From an uncultured Bacillales bacterium (GTDB lineage: Bacteria; Bacillota_I; Bacilli_A; RFN20; CAG-288), in contig CAJMBK010000007.1 of the NCBI GenBank assembly GCA_905211645.1, forward strand, positions 159 through 64,158: DNA of 64,000 nt. The letters run 5' to 3'. Below the pieces are notes generated by a model, which was not told the DNA's origin, made no database searches, and saw only the letters and a program-made list of their open reading frames with translations. Below, piece after piece: positions 50,006 to 59,861 of the stretch; position 1 is the stretch's first letter; every line of letters starts with the position of its first letter. Both the position numbers and the translations under genes were made by a program.

Positions 50006-51253
50006 ATGTCTAAAGTAAAAGAAAAGAAGAAAATGAAGCTCTGGAAGAAGATTCTTTTAATCAGTGGAGTAACTATTTTATCCATTGGTGTTATCGGTGT
50101 TGTTGGAATCTTCTCATTGTGGGGAAACGAAATTTCTTCAGTATGTTCAATTAGAAAATTAGTTGAAACCAAGGAGGAAAATAAGTCCGGTCCTGTCTAT
50201 GAGATGACAATCCATGGTGGTTATTACTTTGATAAATTCATCGAACAAGGTGGTGTCAGTTCAGATAATGAGTTAATCGATTTTATCGTTGATAATATTT
50301 CAAAAGGTATTTTACCTATCAGTATTTCTGCTCCTACAATCGGTTGTGCATCATTCACCGCAATCAATGAAAACGGTGAAAGAATCATGGGTAGAAACTA
50401 CGATTTCTCCACAACAGCATCTATGATTGTTAAAACTGATCCAGGTGATGGTAGATACAAATCTATTTCAAGTGTTGACTTACAATTTTTAGGTATCGAT
50501 GAAGAACCTTATGCAGATAGTTTAGCAAGTAAATTCTTATCCCTTGCTGTTCCTTACATCCCATTAGATGGTATCAATGAAAAAGGTGTTGCTTGCTCAA
50601 TTTTAATGTCCTATCAAGGTGATGGTGATGAAACAGTTCCTACCAATCAACAAACTGAAAAGCCAGATTTAACATCCACAACAATGTTAAGAATGATTTT
50701 GGATTATGCAGGTAGCGTTGATGAAGCAATCGATATGGTTTCTAAATATGATTTGCACGATTCTGCAAACACCTCATTTCACTACATGATTGCTGATTCA
50801 ACTGGTGATAGTGCAATCTTAGAATGGGTTTCTAATGATGTTAATACTGACACTGATGGTTCCAAACGTGTTTTAAATGTCATCAGAAATGACGATGATG
50901 CTGCTTTAGGTGAAAAAGAAGGCGCAGATGATTTCCAATATGTCACAAACTTCTTAGTCACACCAGATTATTACAATAATGATGAAGAAAAAGGTGGATT
51001 TGACCGTTATAACAAGATTCAAGAAATGATTAATCCTGATGGCACCAATACCGAAGGTAAAATCACCAATGATAATGTATTGGATATTTTAGAAACTGTT
51101 GGTAGAAGAAAATGGGATAAAGCAAATGGTGACTCCGATTCAAACGGTATCACAGTTTATTCAACTTTATTCAATTTAACTAACAAGGAAATGATCTTTG
51201 TTTCCAACGAAGAATTTGATAATCCTGCTAGTATTTTCACTTACAAGTTATAA
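50006..51253 (+). CDS. membrane-anchored Ntn-hydrolase (linear amide C-N hydrolase; choloylglycine hydrolase / peptidase C45-like)
   Basis: ATG 50006 follows GGAGG. N-terminal TM anchor. Candidate nucleophile in APTIGCASFTA followed by GRNYDF. Confidence 0.6.
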   Translation: MSKVKEKKKMKLWKKILLISGVTILSIGVIGVVGIFSLWGNEISSVCSIRKLVETKEENKSGPVYEMTIHGGYYFDKFIEQGGVSSDNELIDFIVDNISKGILPISISAPTIGCASFTAINENGERIMGRNYDFSTTASMIVKTDPGDGRYKSISSVDLQFLGIDEEPYADSLASKFLSLAVPYIPLDGINEKGVACSILMSYQGDGDETVPTNQQTEKPDLTSTTMLRMILDYAGSVDEAIDMVSKYDLHDSANTSFHYMIADSTGDSAILEWVSNDVNTDTDGSKRVLNVIRNDDDAALGEKEGADDFQYVTNFLVTPDYYNNDEEKGGFDRYNKIQEMINPDGTNTEGKITNDNVLDILETVGRRKWDKANGDSDSNGITVYSTLFNLTNKEMIFVSNEEFDNPASIFTYKL

Positions 51254-51277
51254 CCTTTTAAATAATATTCTCCATTT

Positions 51278-51309
51278 AACCTAAGCCAATGAATTTGGTT
51301 TAGGTTTTT
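51278..51309 (+). terminator. rho-independent terminator
   Basis: AACCTAAGCCAA-tgaat-TTGGTTTAGGTT (one G-U pair) followed by TTT. Confidence 0.75.
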
Positions 51310-51368
51310 CTATGTATATAATTTATTAGATAGTCTAGATTTAGTAAAATTATTTTGAGGTTTTAAAG

Positions 51369-53819
51369 ATGGACATTAGTAATTTTATCTACGTTAAAAA
51401 CTACAGAATTAGCTTAATTTCTAAGTACGCAATTAGAATTGAAAAAGATGATAACAAAGAGTTTTGTGATTATAAAACTCAATTTGCTTTCAATAGAAAC
51501 TACAAATTAAATAATCCAGAATTTGAATTGACTGAAAATGATAATTCTTTCTCTTTGAAAGTCTATGTTGATAAGAAGAGATTCTACACAGTAACAATTA
51601 AAGATAATTTTGAAGATAGTCATATTATTTTCAGCGATAAACCACATGAAAAACATCTTTTAAAGGATAATACTTCAATTAATGGAACCTACGACACCGT
51701 CGATAGAATGGATGGTGAAGAACTTGTTACAGGAGAACCAAATACCTATTTTAAAGGTTTGGTAACTAAGACAGGTTACTTTGTTTTACATGATGAAGAG
51801 AGTTATCTTTTGGATGATAATTTAACTGTTTTAAATAAGAGAAATAACGATGAAATTGACTGCTATCTCTTTATTTCCTACTACTCAATTGATGAGATGT
51901 TTAAAGGATATTTTGAAATTAGCAACTTTCCACCACTACTTCCAAGATTTGTCTTTGGAAACTGGTATTCTCGCTTCTATCCTTACACTGATAAAGAGTA
52001 TATCTATCTCATGGATAAGTTCGATGAGGATGATATTCCTTTCACTGTTGCAATTATTGACATGGATTGGCACTACTCCTGGACTAATAATCATAATATT
52101 TACGATGATACAGGAATTCCAGAAGAAGAATTCTTCAGAAAAGGTGAAGATGGAAAGCTTCATTACATTCCTTCAAACTACAGAGATGAAATTAAGGATG
52201 AAAACTGGAGATATGGTTGGACAGGTTATACATTTAACAAGAAATTATTCCCAAATCCTAAGGAATTTTTAAGTGAACTTAAAAAGAGAAATCTTGCAGT
52301 TGGCTTAAATTTACACCCTGCCGATGGCGTTGCATTCTATGAAGATTGCTATAAGAAATTTGCGGATAGTTTAAATTTTGATACCACTAATAAAGAAAGT
52401 ATTCGCTTTGATTTCACTGATAAAAATTACGTTGATAAATACTTTGAAAATGTTTTAGATCCATACATAAATGAAGGTGTCGATTTCTGGTGGGTTGATT
52501 GGCAACAAGGTCCAAATTCAAACTATCCAGGTTTAACTCCACTTTGGCTTTGCAACCATTACTTCTATCAAAACTCACTCAAACATTTGGATAAGGGTTT
52601 GATTCTTTCAAGATTTTCATCTTATGGAGGCCACAGATATCCTCTTGGTTTCTCAGGTGATGCTTACATCACTTTCAAATCTTTGAAGTATTTAATTAAG
52701 ATGACTTTAGGTGCATCCGATTGCGGATTCCCATATTTTTCACACGATATTGGTGGTCATATGTTTGGTGAAAAAGATGGTGATTTGTATCTTAAATTCG
52801 TTCAATTTGGTGTTTTCTCACCTGTAAACAGATTGCATTGCACCTGTTCAGATATTCTTTCTAAAGAGACTAAAATCTATCGTGGTGGATATGAAAATCT
52901 TTTAAATGATTGTTTAAGATTAAGACATAGGATGATTCCTTATATCTACTCTTATTCTTATAGAACTACTAATGAAGGTCGTAGCTTAATTAGACCTATT
53001 TACTACGAGAATTTAACAAGATATTCCGAAGAAAAATACATGTATGAATATATCTTTGCTGACAATTTATTAGTTGCTCCTTTCTTTGATAGAGAAAAGC
53101 ATGATGGTAACTCCAGAATGGTCGAATTCTTCGATGCAAAAGGCTATGATTCTTACTTTGATATCACCTATGGTTATAAATATAAAGCAGATAAAACTGT
53201 TAAGATTTATAGAGATAGGGGTGATTTACCAGTCTTTATTAAAAACGGTGGTTATTTCATCTTAAATGGTGAAAAACACACTGGTAATTCATTGAAGAAT
53301 CCTTCAATTTATAAAGCAATCACAACATTTGGTGATGGTAACTACACAATTATTGAAGATAATGATGATAAATCCACTTCAACTTTAGTCTTTGATAGTA
53401 AAGCTGATATTAAGAAAGATGTTTTAACAGTTTCAGTTGAAAATAATACTGATGAAGATAAAACAATCAAATATTCTTTCTTAGATATCTTCAAAATCAA
53501 AGAAATTAAGTTTAAAAATTGCACTGGAATTTATCATTTAGAAGGTGAAAACTTAGAAGTAGAAGTTAAGGTTGGTTCTATGCAGAAATCATCTGTAACA
53601 ATTAATATTTCTAAGTTTACTTCTGAACTAGAAGAGGTAATTTTCTACATCAAGAGAAGAATGAAATACATCGATGATGATAATGAAGCAAGAAATAATC
53701 TTTATTACTCATTGGATAATTCACAATCGTTCTCAAATTTAGTTAAACTCATCAAACAATCTTCATTGAAGAGCACAAATAAATTGAAACTTTTCGAAAT
53801 TATAAAAGGAATTAAGTAG
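51369..53819 (+). CDS. glycoside hydrolase family 31 (alpha-glucosidase/alpha-xylosidase-like)
   Basis: Catalytic-region blocks IIDMDWH, GVDFWWVDWQQG and FSHDIGGH. Confidence 0.75.
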   Translation: MDISNFIYVKNYRISLISKYAIRIEKDDNKEFCDYKTQFAFNRNYKLNNPEFELTENDNSFSLKVYVDKKRFYTVTIKDNFEDSHIIFSDKPHEKHLLKDNTSINGTYDTVDRMDGEELVTGEPNTYFKGLVTKTGYFVLHDEESYLLDDNLTVLNKRNNDEIDCYLFISYYSIDEMFKGYFEISNFPPLLPRFVFGNWYSRFYPYTDKEYIYLMDKFDEDDIPFTVAIIDMDWHYSWTNNHNIYDDTGIPEEEFFRKGEDGKLHYIPSNYRDEIKDENWRYGWTGYTFNKKLFPNPKEFLSELKKRNLAVGLNLHPADGVAFYEDCYKKFADSLNFDTTNKESIRFDFTDKNYVDKYFENVLDPYINEGVDFWWVDWQQGPNSNYPGLTPLWLCNHYFYQNSLKHLDKGLILSRFSSYGGHRYPLGFSGDAYITFKSLKYLIKMTLGASDCGFPYFSHDIGGHMFGEKDGDLYLKFVQFGVFSPVNRLHCTCSDILSKETKIYRGGYENLLNDCLRLRHRMIPYIYSYSYRTTNEGRSLIRPIYYENLTRYSEEKYMYEYIFADNLLVAPFFDREKHDGNSRMVEFFDAKGYDSYFDITYGYKYKADKTVKIYRDRGDLPVFIKNGGYFILNGEKHTGNSLKNPSIYKAITTFGDGNYTIIEDNDDKSTSTLVFDSKADIKKDVLTVSVENNTDEDKTIKYSFLDIFKIKEIKFKNCTGIYHLEGENLEVEVKVGSMQKSSVTINISKFTSELEEVIFYIKRRMKYIDDDNEARNNLYYSLDNSQSFSNLVKLIKQSSLKSTNKLKLFEIIKGIK

Positions 53820-53820
53820 T

Positions 53821-54795
53821 ATGGAAAATAGGATCATCAATATTGGCTTTCTTGGTGCTGGTAAAATGGCTGCAGCTTTTGCAGATAGTTTGAATTCTTA
53901 TAACAGAAAAAAAGGCTATCGTTTCTCATTATATGGAGTTAGTGCAAGAGATGTTTCTAGAGCCGAAGAATTCAAAAATACTCATGGTTTTAAGAAGACC
54001 TATGAAACTTATTTGGATATGGCTCAAGATCCAAATATTGATGTAATTTATATCAATACTACAATTGCTCAACATTATGAGCAAATTAAAATGTGCTTAG
54101 AAAATAACAAGAATTGTTTCGTAGAAAAAGCTTTTACAAATAACGCAGATGAACTTAAAGAATTAGTTGAATTAGCAAGAAGCAAGAACTTATATTTAGG
54201 TGAAGCAATTTGGACTAGATTTATGCCTTATATCGATGATATTAAGAGAGATATCAAGTCCGATTTAATCGGTTATGTCTTCAATATTCAATCAAATTTA
54301 GGCTATTCAATCAGTCACATTGAAAGACTTCAAAGAAAAGATTTAGGTGGAGGAGCCATGAAAGATGTCGGTGTTTATCCACTTAATTTCTCACTTATTT
54401 TTGCTGATAGCAAAGTTAGAGATATTCATGTCGATAAAACTTACACAAAGAGTGATGTTGATGAATCAGAATGGTTCACACTTTTCTTTGAAAATGGAAT
54501 CGTTGCAAATAACTTCTCAACAATGCTCACTCAAACTTCAAGAAAAGGTTTTATTTACGGCAGCAAAGGTTACATCGAAGTTTTTAATATTAACAACCCT
54601 GAAAAATACGAAGTACATGATGAACATGGAAATTTAATAAAAGTTGTTCGATACGATGATAGAGAACTTGTGGGTTATGAGTATGAAATTCAATGTTTGT
54701 ATGATGACTTACTTTCTGGTCACAAAGAACCACGTCTTATGCCACTTGAAAAATCCATCGAAGTCATGGAATTAGTCGACAAAATTCTTGCATAA
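53821..54795 (+). CDS. Gfo/Idh/MocA-family NAD(P)-dependent oxidoreductase
   Basis: Rossmann motif IGFLGAGKMA. EKAF motif followed by ...WTRFMP. Starts 1 nt after the GH31 stop. Confidence 0.8.
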   Translation: MENRIINIGFLGAGKMAAAFADSLNSYNRKKGYRFSLYGVSARDVSRAEEFKNTHGFKKTYETYLDMAQDPNIDVIYINTTIAQHYEQIKMCLENNKNCFVEKAFTNNADELKELVELARSKNLYLGEAIWTRFMPYIDDIKRDIKSDLIGYVFNIQSNLGYSISHIERLQRKDLGGGAMKDVGVYPLNFSLIFADSKVRDIHVDKTYTKSDVDESEWFTLFFENGIVANNFSTMLTQTSRKGFIYGSKGYIEVFNINNPEKYEVHDEHGNLIKVVRYDDRELVGYEYEIQCLYDDLLSGHKEPRLMPLEKSIEVMELVDKILA

Positions 54796-54796
54796 T

Positions 54797-54833
54797 AAAA
54801 ATCTTCTTAGAGTCATTTCTAAGAAGATTTTTT
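54797..54833. terminator. bidirectional terminator between the oxidoreductase gene and glgA
   Basis: AAAATCTTCTTAG...CTAAGAAGATTTT 13-bp stem flanked by A/T runs. Confidence 0.8.
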
Positions 54834-54840
54834 AGTTGAA

Positions 54841-56259
54841 TTACTTCATCATTTCGTTGAATAATTTGATGTATTCGTTGATGGTGTTCTTCCAAGAAGA
54901 ATCATATTCCATAGCGTTTTTAATCATTTTTTGGAATTCTTCTTTATTTTGAGAAACACGATATGCCCAAATAAACATCTTATTCAAATCATCGTAGTCG
55001 TTGTAGTTGAATGTGAAACCAGTTGGATCTTTGTAGGTACCAAAACTTTTAACTGTATCAATTAAACCACCGACGTTACTAACAATTGGTAATGCACCAT
55101 AACGCATTGCAATAAGTTGAGAGATACCGCAAGGTTCGAAGGCACTAGGCATCAAATAAAAGTCACTTGCTGCATAAATTAAGTGTGCCATTTTATCCGA
55201 ATAACCACGATAGATATGGACATTTTCAGGATAGAGATATCTGAAATGTTCAAATCGATTTTCGTAGTAACTATCACCTGAACCTAAAACGATGAGTTTA
55301 CCACCTGTAACTGCGATTAAAGGAATTAAATCAATAATCTTTTGAACACCTTTTTGGTCAGTTAAACGGGAAACAACACCGTAAACTAAAGGTCTGTGGT
55401 TAGCATCGAAATCGAAAAGTAATGTCTTACCAATTTCTTTTAAGGCCGCAACTTTACCTTTTTCTCTTGTTTCATAGTTGAAAGTGACAGGAATCTTAGT
55501 ATCTTTTGTAGGATCGAATTCAGAGTGATCCAAACCGTTTGTGATACCGGAGAAATCCTTTTCTCTCATGTGGATGATATAGCCAAGACCATTGAAGCAA
55601 GTCATATCAGCAAGTAATTCTCTTGCGTGATTCTTACTGACTGTATTAACTTTATCTGCACAGACAATACCTGCTTTTAAGTAGGCAACTTGGTCATTAA
55701 ATTTAACAATACCAGAATCGAAATAGTAGTAATCAAGGTTGAAGAAATCTTTTAAAGATTGTCTTGATGTGTAACCTTGGAAAAGTGGATTATGGATTGT
55801 AAGTAAGGTTTTAACTCTTAAATTGTTGTGACGGCATAAAAGAGGTAACATACCCATTTGCCAGTCATTGCATTGCATGATGTCAAAGGCATCATCTGAT
55901 CTTTTTAAGAATTCGATAACAGCTAAATTGAATGCTGCATAACGTAATGGATCATCAAAATAACCGTACAATCTGTCACGATAGAAAAATTGATTCTGTT
56001 CAACAAAGAAGTAATTAACTCCATTTTCATGAAGTCTAAAAATTCTTGTGTCAACGTTATGATAATTGGTATAAACTTGGAAATGATGAACTTCCTCTAA
56101 AGGTAAATGCTTATTTTGAATCACTTCATAATAAGGAAGAATGACATCAGTTTGTATACCTAATTTTGTTAATTCGTAACTAAGTGAAAATGCAATATCA
56201 CCTAAACCACCAGTTTTGCAATAAGGTTTGCATTCACTAGTTGCAATTAAAACTCTCAT
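54841..56259 (-). CDS. glgA: glycogen synthase GlgA
   Basis: N-terminus SECKPYCKTGGLGD. C-terminal GT5 blocks MPSAFEPCGISQL and VGGL.DTV. Its ATG overlaps the glgD stop (TAATG). Confidence 0.93.
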   Translation of the reverse strand: MRVLIATSECKPYCKTGGLGDIAFSLSYELTKLGIQTDVILPYYEVIQNKHLPLEEVHHFQVYTNYHNVDTRIFRLHENGVNYFFVEQNQFFYRDRLYGYFDDPLRYAAFNLAVIEFLKRSDDAFDIMQCNDWQMGMLPLLCRHNNLRVKTLLTIHNPLFQGYTSRQSLKDFFNLDYYYFDSGIVKFNDQVAYLKAGIVCADKVNTVSKNHARELLADMTCFNGLGYIIHMREKDFSGITNGLDHSEFDPTKDTKIPVTFNYETREKGKVAALKEIGKTLLFDFDANHRPLVYGVVSRLTDQKGVQKIIDLIPLIAVTGGKLIVLGSGDSYYENRFEHFRYLYPENVHIYRGYSDKMAHLIYAASDFYLMPSAFEPCGISQLIAMRYGALPIVSNVGGLIDTVKSFGTYKDPTGFTFNYNDYDDLNKMFIWAYRVSQNKEEFQKMIKNAMEYDSSWKNTINEYIKLFNEMMK

Positions 56260-57368
56260 TAGATGATATCTCCCTTCTTGATGAAGACAGGTCTTTCTTC
56301 TGTTCCAACAAGATATTTAACATGTAAAACTGTACAAGTTTTATCGATAACTGCATGGTCAATCTTGCAATCTGGGTAGATATGAGTATCGGAAAGGATG
56401 ACGGAATTTGATATTTCACAACCTTTTTCGATGATGACATTTCTTCCGATGACGCAGTTTGTAACTTTACCATCAATAACAGCACCGTTAGCAACGACAG
56501 AATGAGTAACTTTGGCGTTTTCCTTATAAAGTGCTGGAGGTGTGTCGTAAGTCTTGGTGTAGATTGGCCAATTAGGTGTGATAAATTTAGCGGAATTTGT
56601 TGGATCGATGAGATAAAGTGAATTTCTTAAGTATGATGAAAGCGAATCAAACGCTAAGATATCACCTTCAAATTCATATGTTTTAACAACTAAATCTTCA
56701 AGTAAGTAGTTGATGGTATCAAAAAGAGAGAAGTAAGCGGAAATCTTTGTTGAATAGTTGATTAAATTCAACATAGTTTGCTTATCCATGATACAAACTT
56801 CGGTGAAAAGTTCGAACTTATCATCTACACCTAAATTCTTTTTAAGTGAGAAAACACGACCTTTTTCACTAGCTTCAACTTCGTATTTGTTGATGTATTT
56901 ATCTTTACCACCTTCGATTTTCTTAGTCATCAAAGTGATAGCAGCTTTATTTTTAATATGTGCTTCAACAAGTTTGTTGAAATCAAATTTCATAAGAATA
57001 TCTGCTGGTGCAAAGATGACATAATCAATTTGATCATCTTCGTAAACCCAGGAGTTTTCAATGAGGTTATTGATGTCGTGATTGTATTCTTCGACTTCAG
57101 TTTTCTCGTTGTACATGATGGATAATTTACCAATCTTGGTGTTATCGTTCCACCAGTGACCTAAACCGATGTGTCTAACTAAAGATCTGAGGTTTGATTT
57201 AACCAAAACACCCATCTTGTCGATATCGGAGTTTGAAAAGTTTGATAATGGGAAGTCAATGAAGTTGTAACGACCTAAAAATGATGTACTTGCTAATGAT
57301 CTATTCTTATTCAAGCCCTCAATACGAGGTGAATTATGAAGATTGACAATACCTAAAATTCTTTTCAT
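56259..57368 (-). CDS. glgD: glucose-1-phosphate adenylyltransferase regulatory subunit GlgD
   Basis: GlgC paralogue lacking the GGxGTRL loop. C-terminal left-handed beta-helix repeats. Lies between glgC and glgA. Confidence 0.85.
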   Translation of the reverse strand: MKRILGIVNLHNSPRIEGLNKNRSLASTSFLGRYNFIDFPLSNFSNSDIDKMGVLVKSNLRSLVRHIGLGHWWNDNTKIGKLSIMYNEKTEVEEYNHDINNLIENSWVYEDDQIDYVIFAPADILMKFDFNKLVEAHIKNKAAITLMTKKIEGGKDKYINKYEVEASEKGRVFSLKKNLGVDDKFELFTEVCIMDKQTMLNLINYSTKISAYFSLFDTINYLLEDLVVKTYEFEGDILAFDSLSSYLRNSLYLIDPTNSAKFITPNWPIYTKTYDTPPALYKENAKVTHSVVANGAVIDGKVTNCVIGRNVIIEKGCEISNSVILSDTHIYPDCKIDHAVIDKTCTVLHVKYLVGTEERPVFIKKGDII

Positions 57369-57372
57369 ACCC

Positions 57373-58491
57373 TTACTCCTTATTTACAAAGATAACTTTC
57401 TCTTGTTGAGAACCATCGTAGTTATTGACAACAGTTAATTCAGGTGAAACTAAGCAGTGGTTAATCTTGACACCGGCTTTGATTCTTGTACCCTGCATGA
57501 CAACTGAATCAACAACTTCAGCACCTTCCTCGATGACAACATCAGTGAAGATAACTGAGTGTTTAACTGTACCGTAAATTTGTGCTCCCTGATTGATCAT
57601 TGATGATTCAACGATGGAATTATCACCGCAATACATTGGTAATGAGTGTGTATCTTCAGAGAAAATCTTGAGGTTCTTATCAAAGATGTCAAGTTGACTT
57701 GAACCGTTTAATAAGTCCATATTTGCGTCATAAAGTGATTGGATAGTACCGACGTCTTTCCAATAACCTTTGAATGTGTAGGTGTAGATTTGTTTCTTAA
57801 CAGTGTTGAGTAAGTATGGGATGATATTCTTACCGAAATCGTGTTCGGAATTTTCATCTTTACTATCTTTAATCAAAGCATCTCTTAAAACTTTGTAGTT
57901 GAAAATGTAGATACCCATACTTGCAAGTGTTGAGATTGGTTTCTTAGGTTTTTCAACGAATTCAACAACTTTGCCAGCACCATCTGTATTCAAAATACCA
58001 AATCTTGAAGCTTCTTTGATATCAACTTCGTAAGATGCGATTGTACAATCTGCCTTATGATCTTTGTGGTATTGAAGCATCTCTTCAAAGTCCATCTTGT
58101 AGATGTGGTCACCAGAAAGAATAAGAACGTACTCAGGTTTTAATGAGTCGAGCCAATCGATATTTTGGTAGATTGCGTCTGCAGTGCCTTTGTACCAAGT
58201 TGCACCTTCATCGGTTTCTCTAGGTGGTAACATTGTTGTGATGGATCTGTTTCCATCGATACCCCATTTGCTACCGTTACCGATGTAAAGGTTCATTTGG
58301 ACTGATTCGTATTGGGTTAAAACACCAACAGAATCGATTGATGAATTTGCAATGGATGAGAGTGGAAAGTCGATAATTCTAAATTTACCACCGAATGAGA
58401 CGACAGGTTTAGCAATCTTTCTTGTTAAAGATTCCAAACGTGTGCCTTTACCACCTGCGAGTAACATTGCAACCATTTCATTGTGTTTCAT
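57373..58491 (-). CDS. glgC: glucose-1-phosphate adenylyltransferase GlgC
   Basis: SD GGAGGAG upstream. Motifs LAGGKGTRL, FGGKFRIIDF, WYKGTADA and LILSGDHIY. Confidence 0.95.
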   Translation of the reverse strand: MKHNEMVAMLLAGGKGTRLESLTRKIAKPVVSFGGKFRIIDFPLSSIANSSIDSVGVLTQYESVQMNLYIGNGSKWGIDGNRSITTMLPPRETDEGATWYKGTADAIYQNIDWLDSLKPEYVLILSGDHIYKMDFEEMLQYHKDHKADCTIASYEVDIKEASRFGILNTDGAGKVVEFVEKPKKPISTLASMGIYIFNYKVLRDALIKDSKDENSEHDFGKNIIPYLLNTVKKQIYTYTFKGYWKDVGTIQSLYDANMDLLNGSSQLDIFDKNLKIFSEDTHSLPMYCGDNSIVESSMINQGAQIYGTVKHSVIFTDVVIEEGAEVVDSVVMQGTRIKAGVKINHCLVSPELTVVNNYDGSQQEKVIFVNKE

Positions 58492-58518
58492 ATATTCTCC
58501 TCCTTTTAAATTGTTGTA

Positions 58519-58545
58519 TAAAAAATCTGCCTATTACGGCAGATT
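58519..58545 (-). terminator. terminator hairpin only about 27 nt upstream of the glgC start
   Basis: Minus strand reads AATCTGCC-gtaata-GGCAGATT followed by TTTTTT. Lies 7 nt after the stop of the upstream gene. Confidence 0.65.
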
Positions 58546-58552
58546 GAAAAAA

Positions 58553-59677
58553 CTATGCTCTAACAGCGGTGCTATTTTCTTTGTATGTGATGAATTCGTT
58601 TCTCTTGTTGTCAAAGACCAAACTAACAGCTAATGCTTTAACTTTTTCTAACAATGTGTTCAAAGTCAAAGCTTGAGTCTCTAAATAATCATCAGGAAGT
58701 TTCTTGGAGAACTTCTTAGCAAGTTGAAGTTCAAGCTTATCAAAATAGACTTGTAATTCTCCTCTTTCGATTGTGACACAAACGCCGCAATTGACGAAAT
58801 TAGCTAAATCAGCTAAAGCGGCAAAAAACTTCTTATCAACAACTTTTAAGATACCTTTGCCAACTGATGAGTAGCAAACAAAAGGTGTATTTGCACCAAA
58901 ATCTGGTGTTTTATATTTATCAACTATATTTTCATCAAACATGCTCAATTCGGATGAAAGACTACCGAAGTTTCTGAATTGGATGAAACCATCATTGACA
59001 CAATTTGGAATTGTTGCATTCAAAACGGTACCAAAAGATTTACCATTTTCATCTTTGAAGCTAGCGATATAACCTTTCAAAAATGAAGTGTCTGCAAATG
59101 TGAATTTAACTTTTGCGATATCTTTTAATGAACTGTTAACAGTGACGGAATTGTTGAAATCTTTGATTTCAGTTGTAGATGACTTTTTAACTTTTTCTGA
59201 GGAAACGTTAACTTGATAATATTTATCAGTAACATTACCTAAAGTTTGCAAATAGATTCTTGCGTATTTCTTCTTTAGAATTGGTTTTAAGCATGCGTGC
59301 CAAATTAAGCAGAAAATCATGGATAAAACAGAAATACCAATTGTTGTCAACCAACGATACAATACTGATAAGTTGAGTTTTCCATCGACGATGAGTTGAC
59401 CGAGTGAATACAAACCGATTGATTGATCAAAGTAAGGAATGTATTTTGCCCAGACTGTGATCCATTCCATTGGTTGCCACTCAGCATAATGAGATGTCTC
59501 AGTGATAAAGAATGGATAGCAGTAATGTCCGATAGAGTGGATGACACAGATTTGAATGAAGTATCCACAGAATGCGGAGAATAGGAAGATACCGAAAGTG
59601 GTCCAACCAAGAACTTTATTTAAATGTCTACGTTTCTTCTCTAAAAGAAAGGTACTATCAATAATTTTTTTAGCCAT
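58553..59677 (-). CDS. membrane protein (4 N-terminal TM helices plus a soluble domain of about 220 aa), unknown function; possibly DUF3137-like
   Basis: SD AAGAGG upstream. Hydrophobic segments within residues 20-130. The C-terminal pattern ...FVCYSSVGKGILKVVDKKFFAALADL...VCVTIERGELQVYF recalls DUF3137-type proteins (recognition by memory only). Confidence 0.5.
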   Translation of the reverse strand: MAKKIIDSTFLLEKKRRHLNKVLGWTTFGIFLFSAFCGYFIQICVIHSIGHYCYPFFITETSHYAEWQPMEWITVWAKYIPYFDQSIGLYSLGQLIVDGKLNLSVLYRWLTTIGISVLSMIFCLIWHACLKPILKKKYARIYLQTLGNVTDKYYQVNVSSEKVKKSSTTEIKDFNNSVTVNSSLKDIAKVKFTFADTSFLKGYIASFKDENGKSFGTVLNATIPNCVNDGFIQFRNFGSLSSELSMFDENIVDKYKTPDFGANTPFVCYSSVGKGILKVVDKKFFAALADLANFVNCGVCVTIERGELQVYFDKLELQLAKKFSKKLPDDYLETQALTLNTLLEKVKALAVSLVFDNKRNEFITYKENSTAVRA

Positions 59678-59818
59678 AAGAAACCTCTTTTCAATATTAT
59701 AATTAAATAAAAAACCGCTTGCATTAAAAATATTAACGTAAATTTATAGGAATCATCTAACTCATCAAAAAGTCAAAATCTGCCGATTTTATGGGATATA
59801 TTTTTAATTAGAAGCAAG

Positions 59819-59844
59819 AAAAAACTCTCGGAAATCCGAGAGTT
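59819..59844 (-). terminator. rho-independent terminator immediately after the MksB/JetC-like gene
   Basis: Minus strand reads AACTCTCGG-attt-CCGAGAGTT followed by TTTTTT. Lies 17 nt after the stop at 59862. Confidence 0.8.
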
Positions 59845-59861
59845 AGTATCAATAATTAGTT

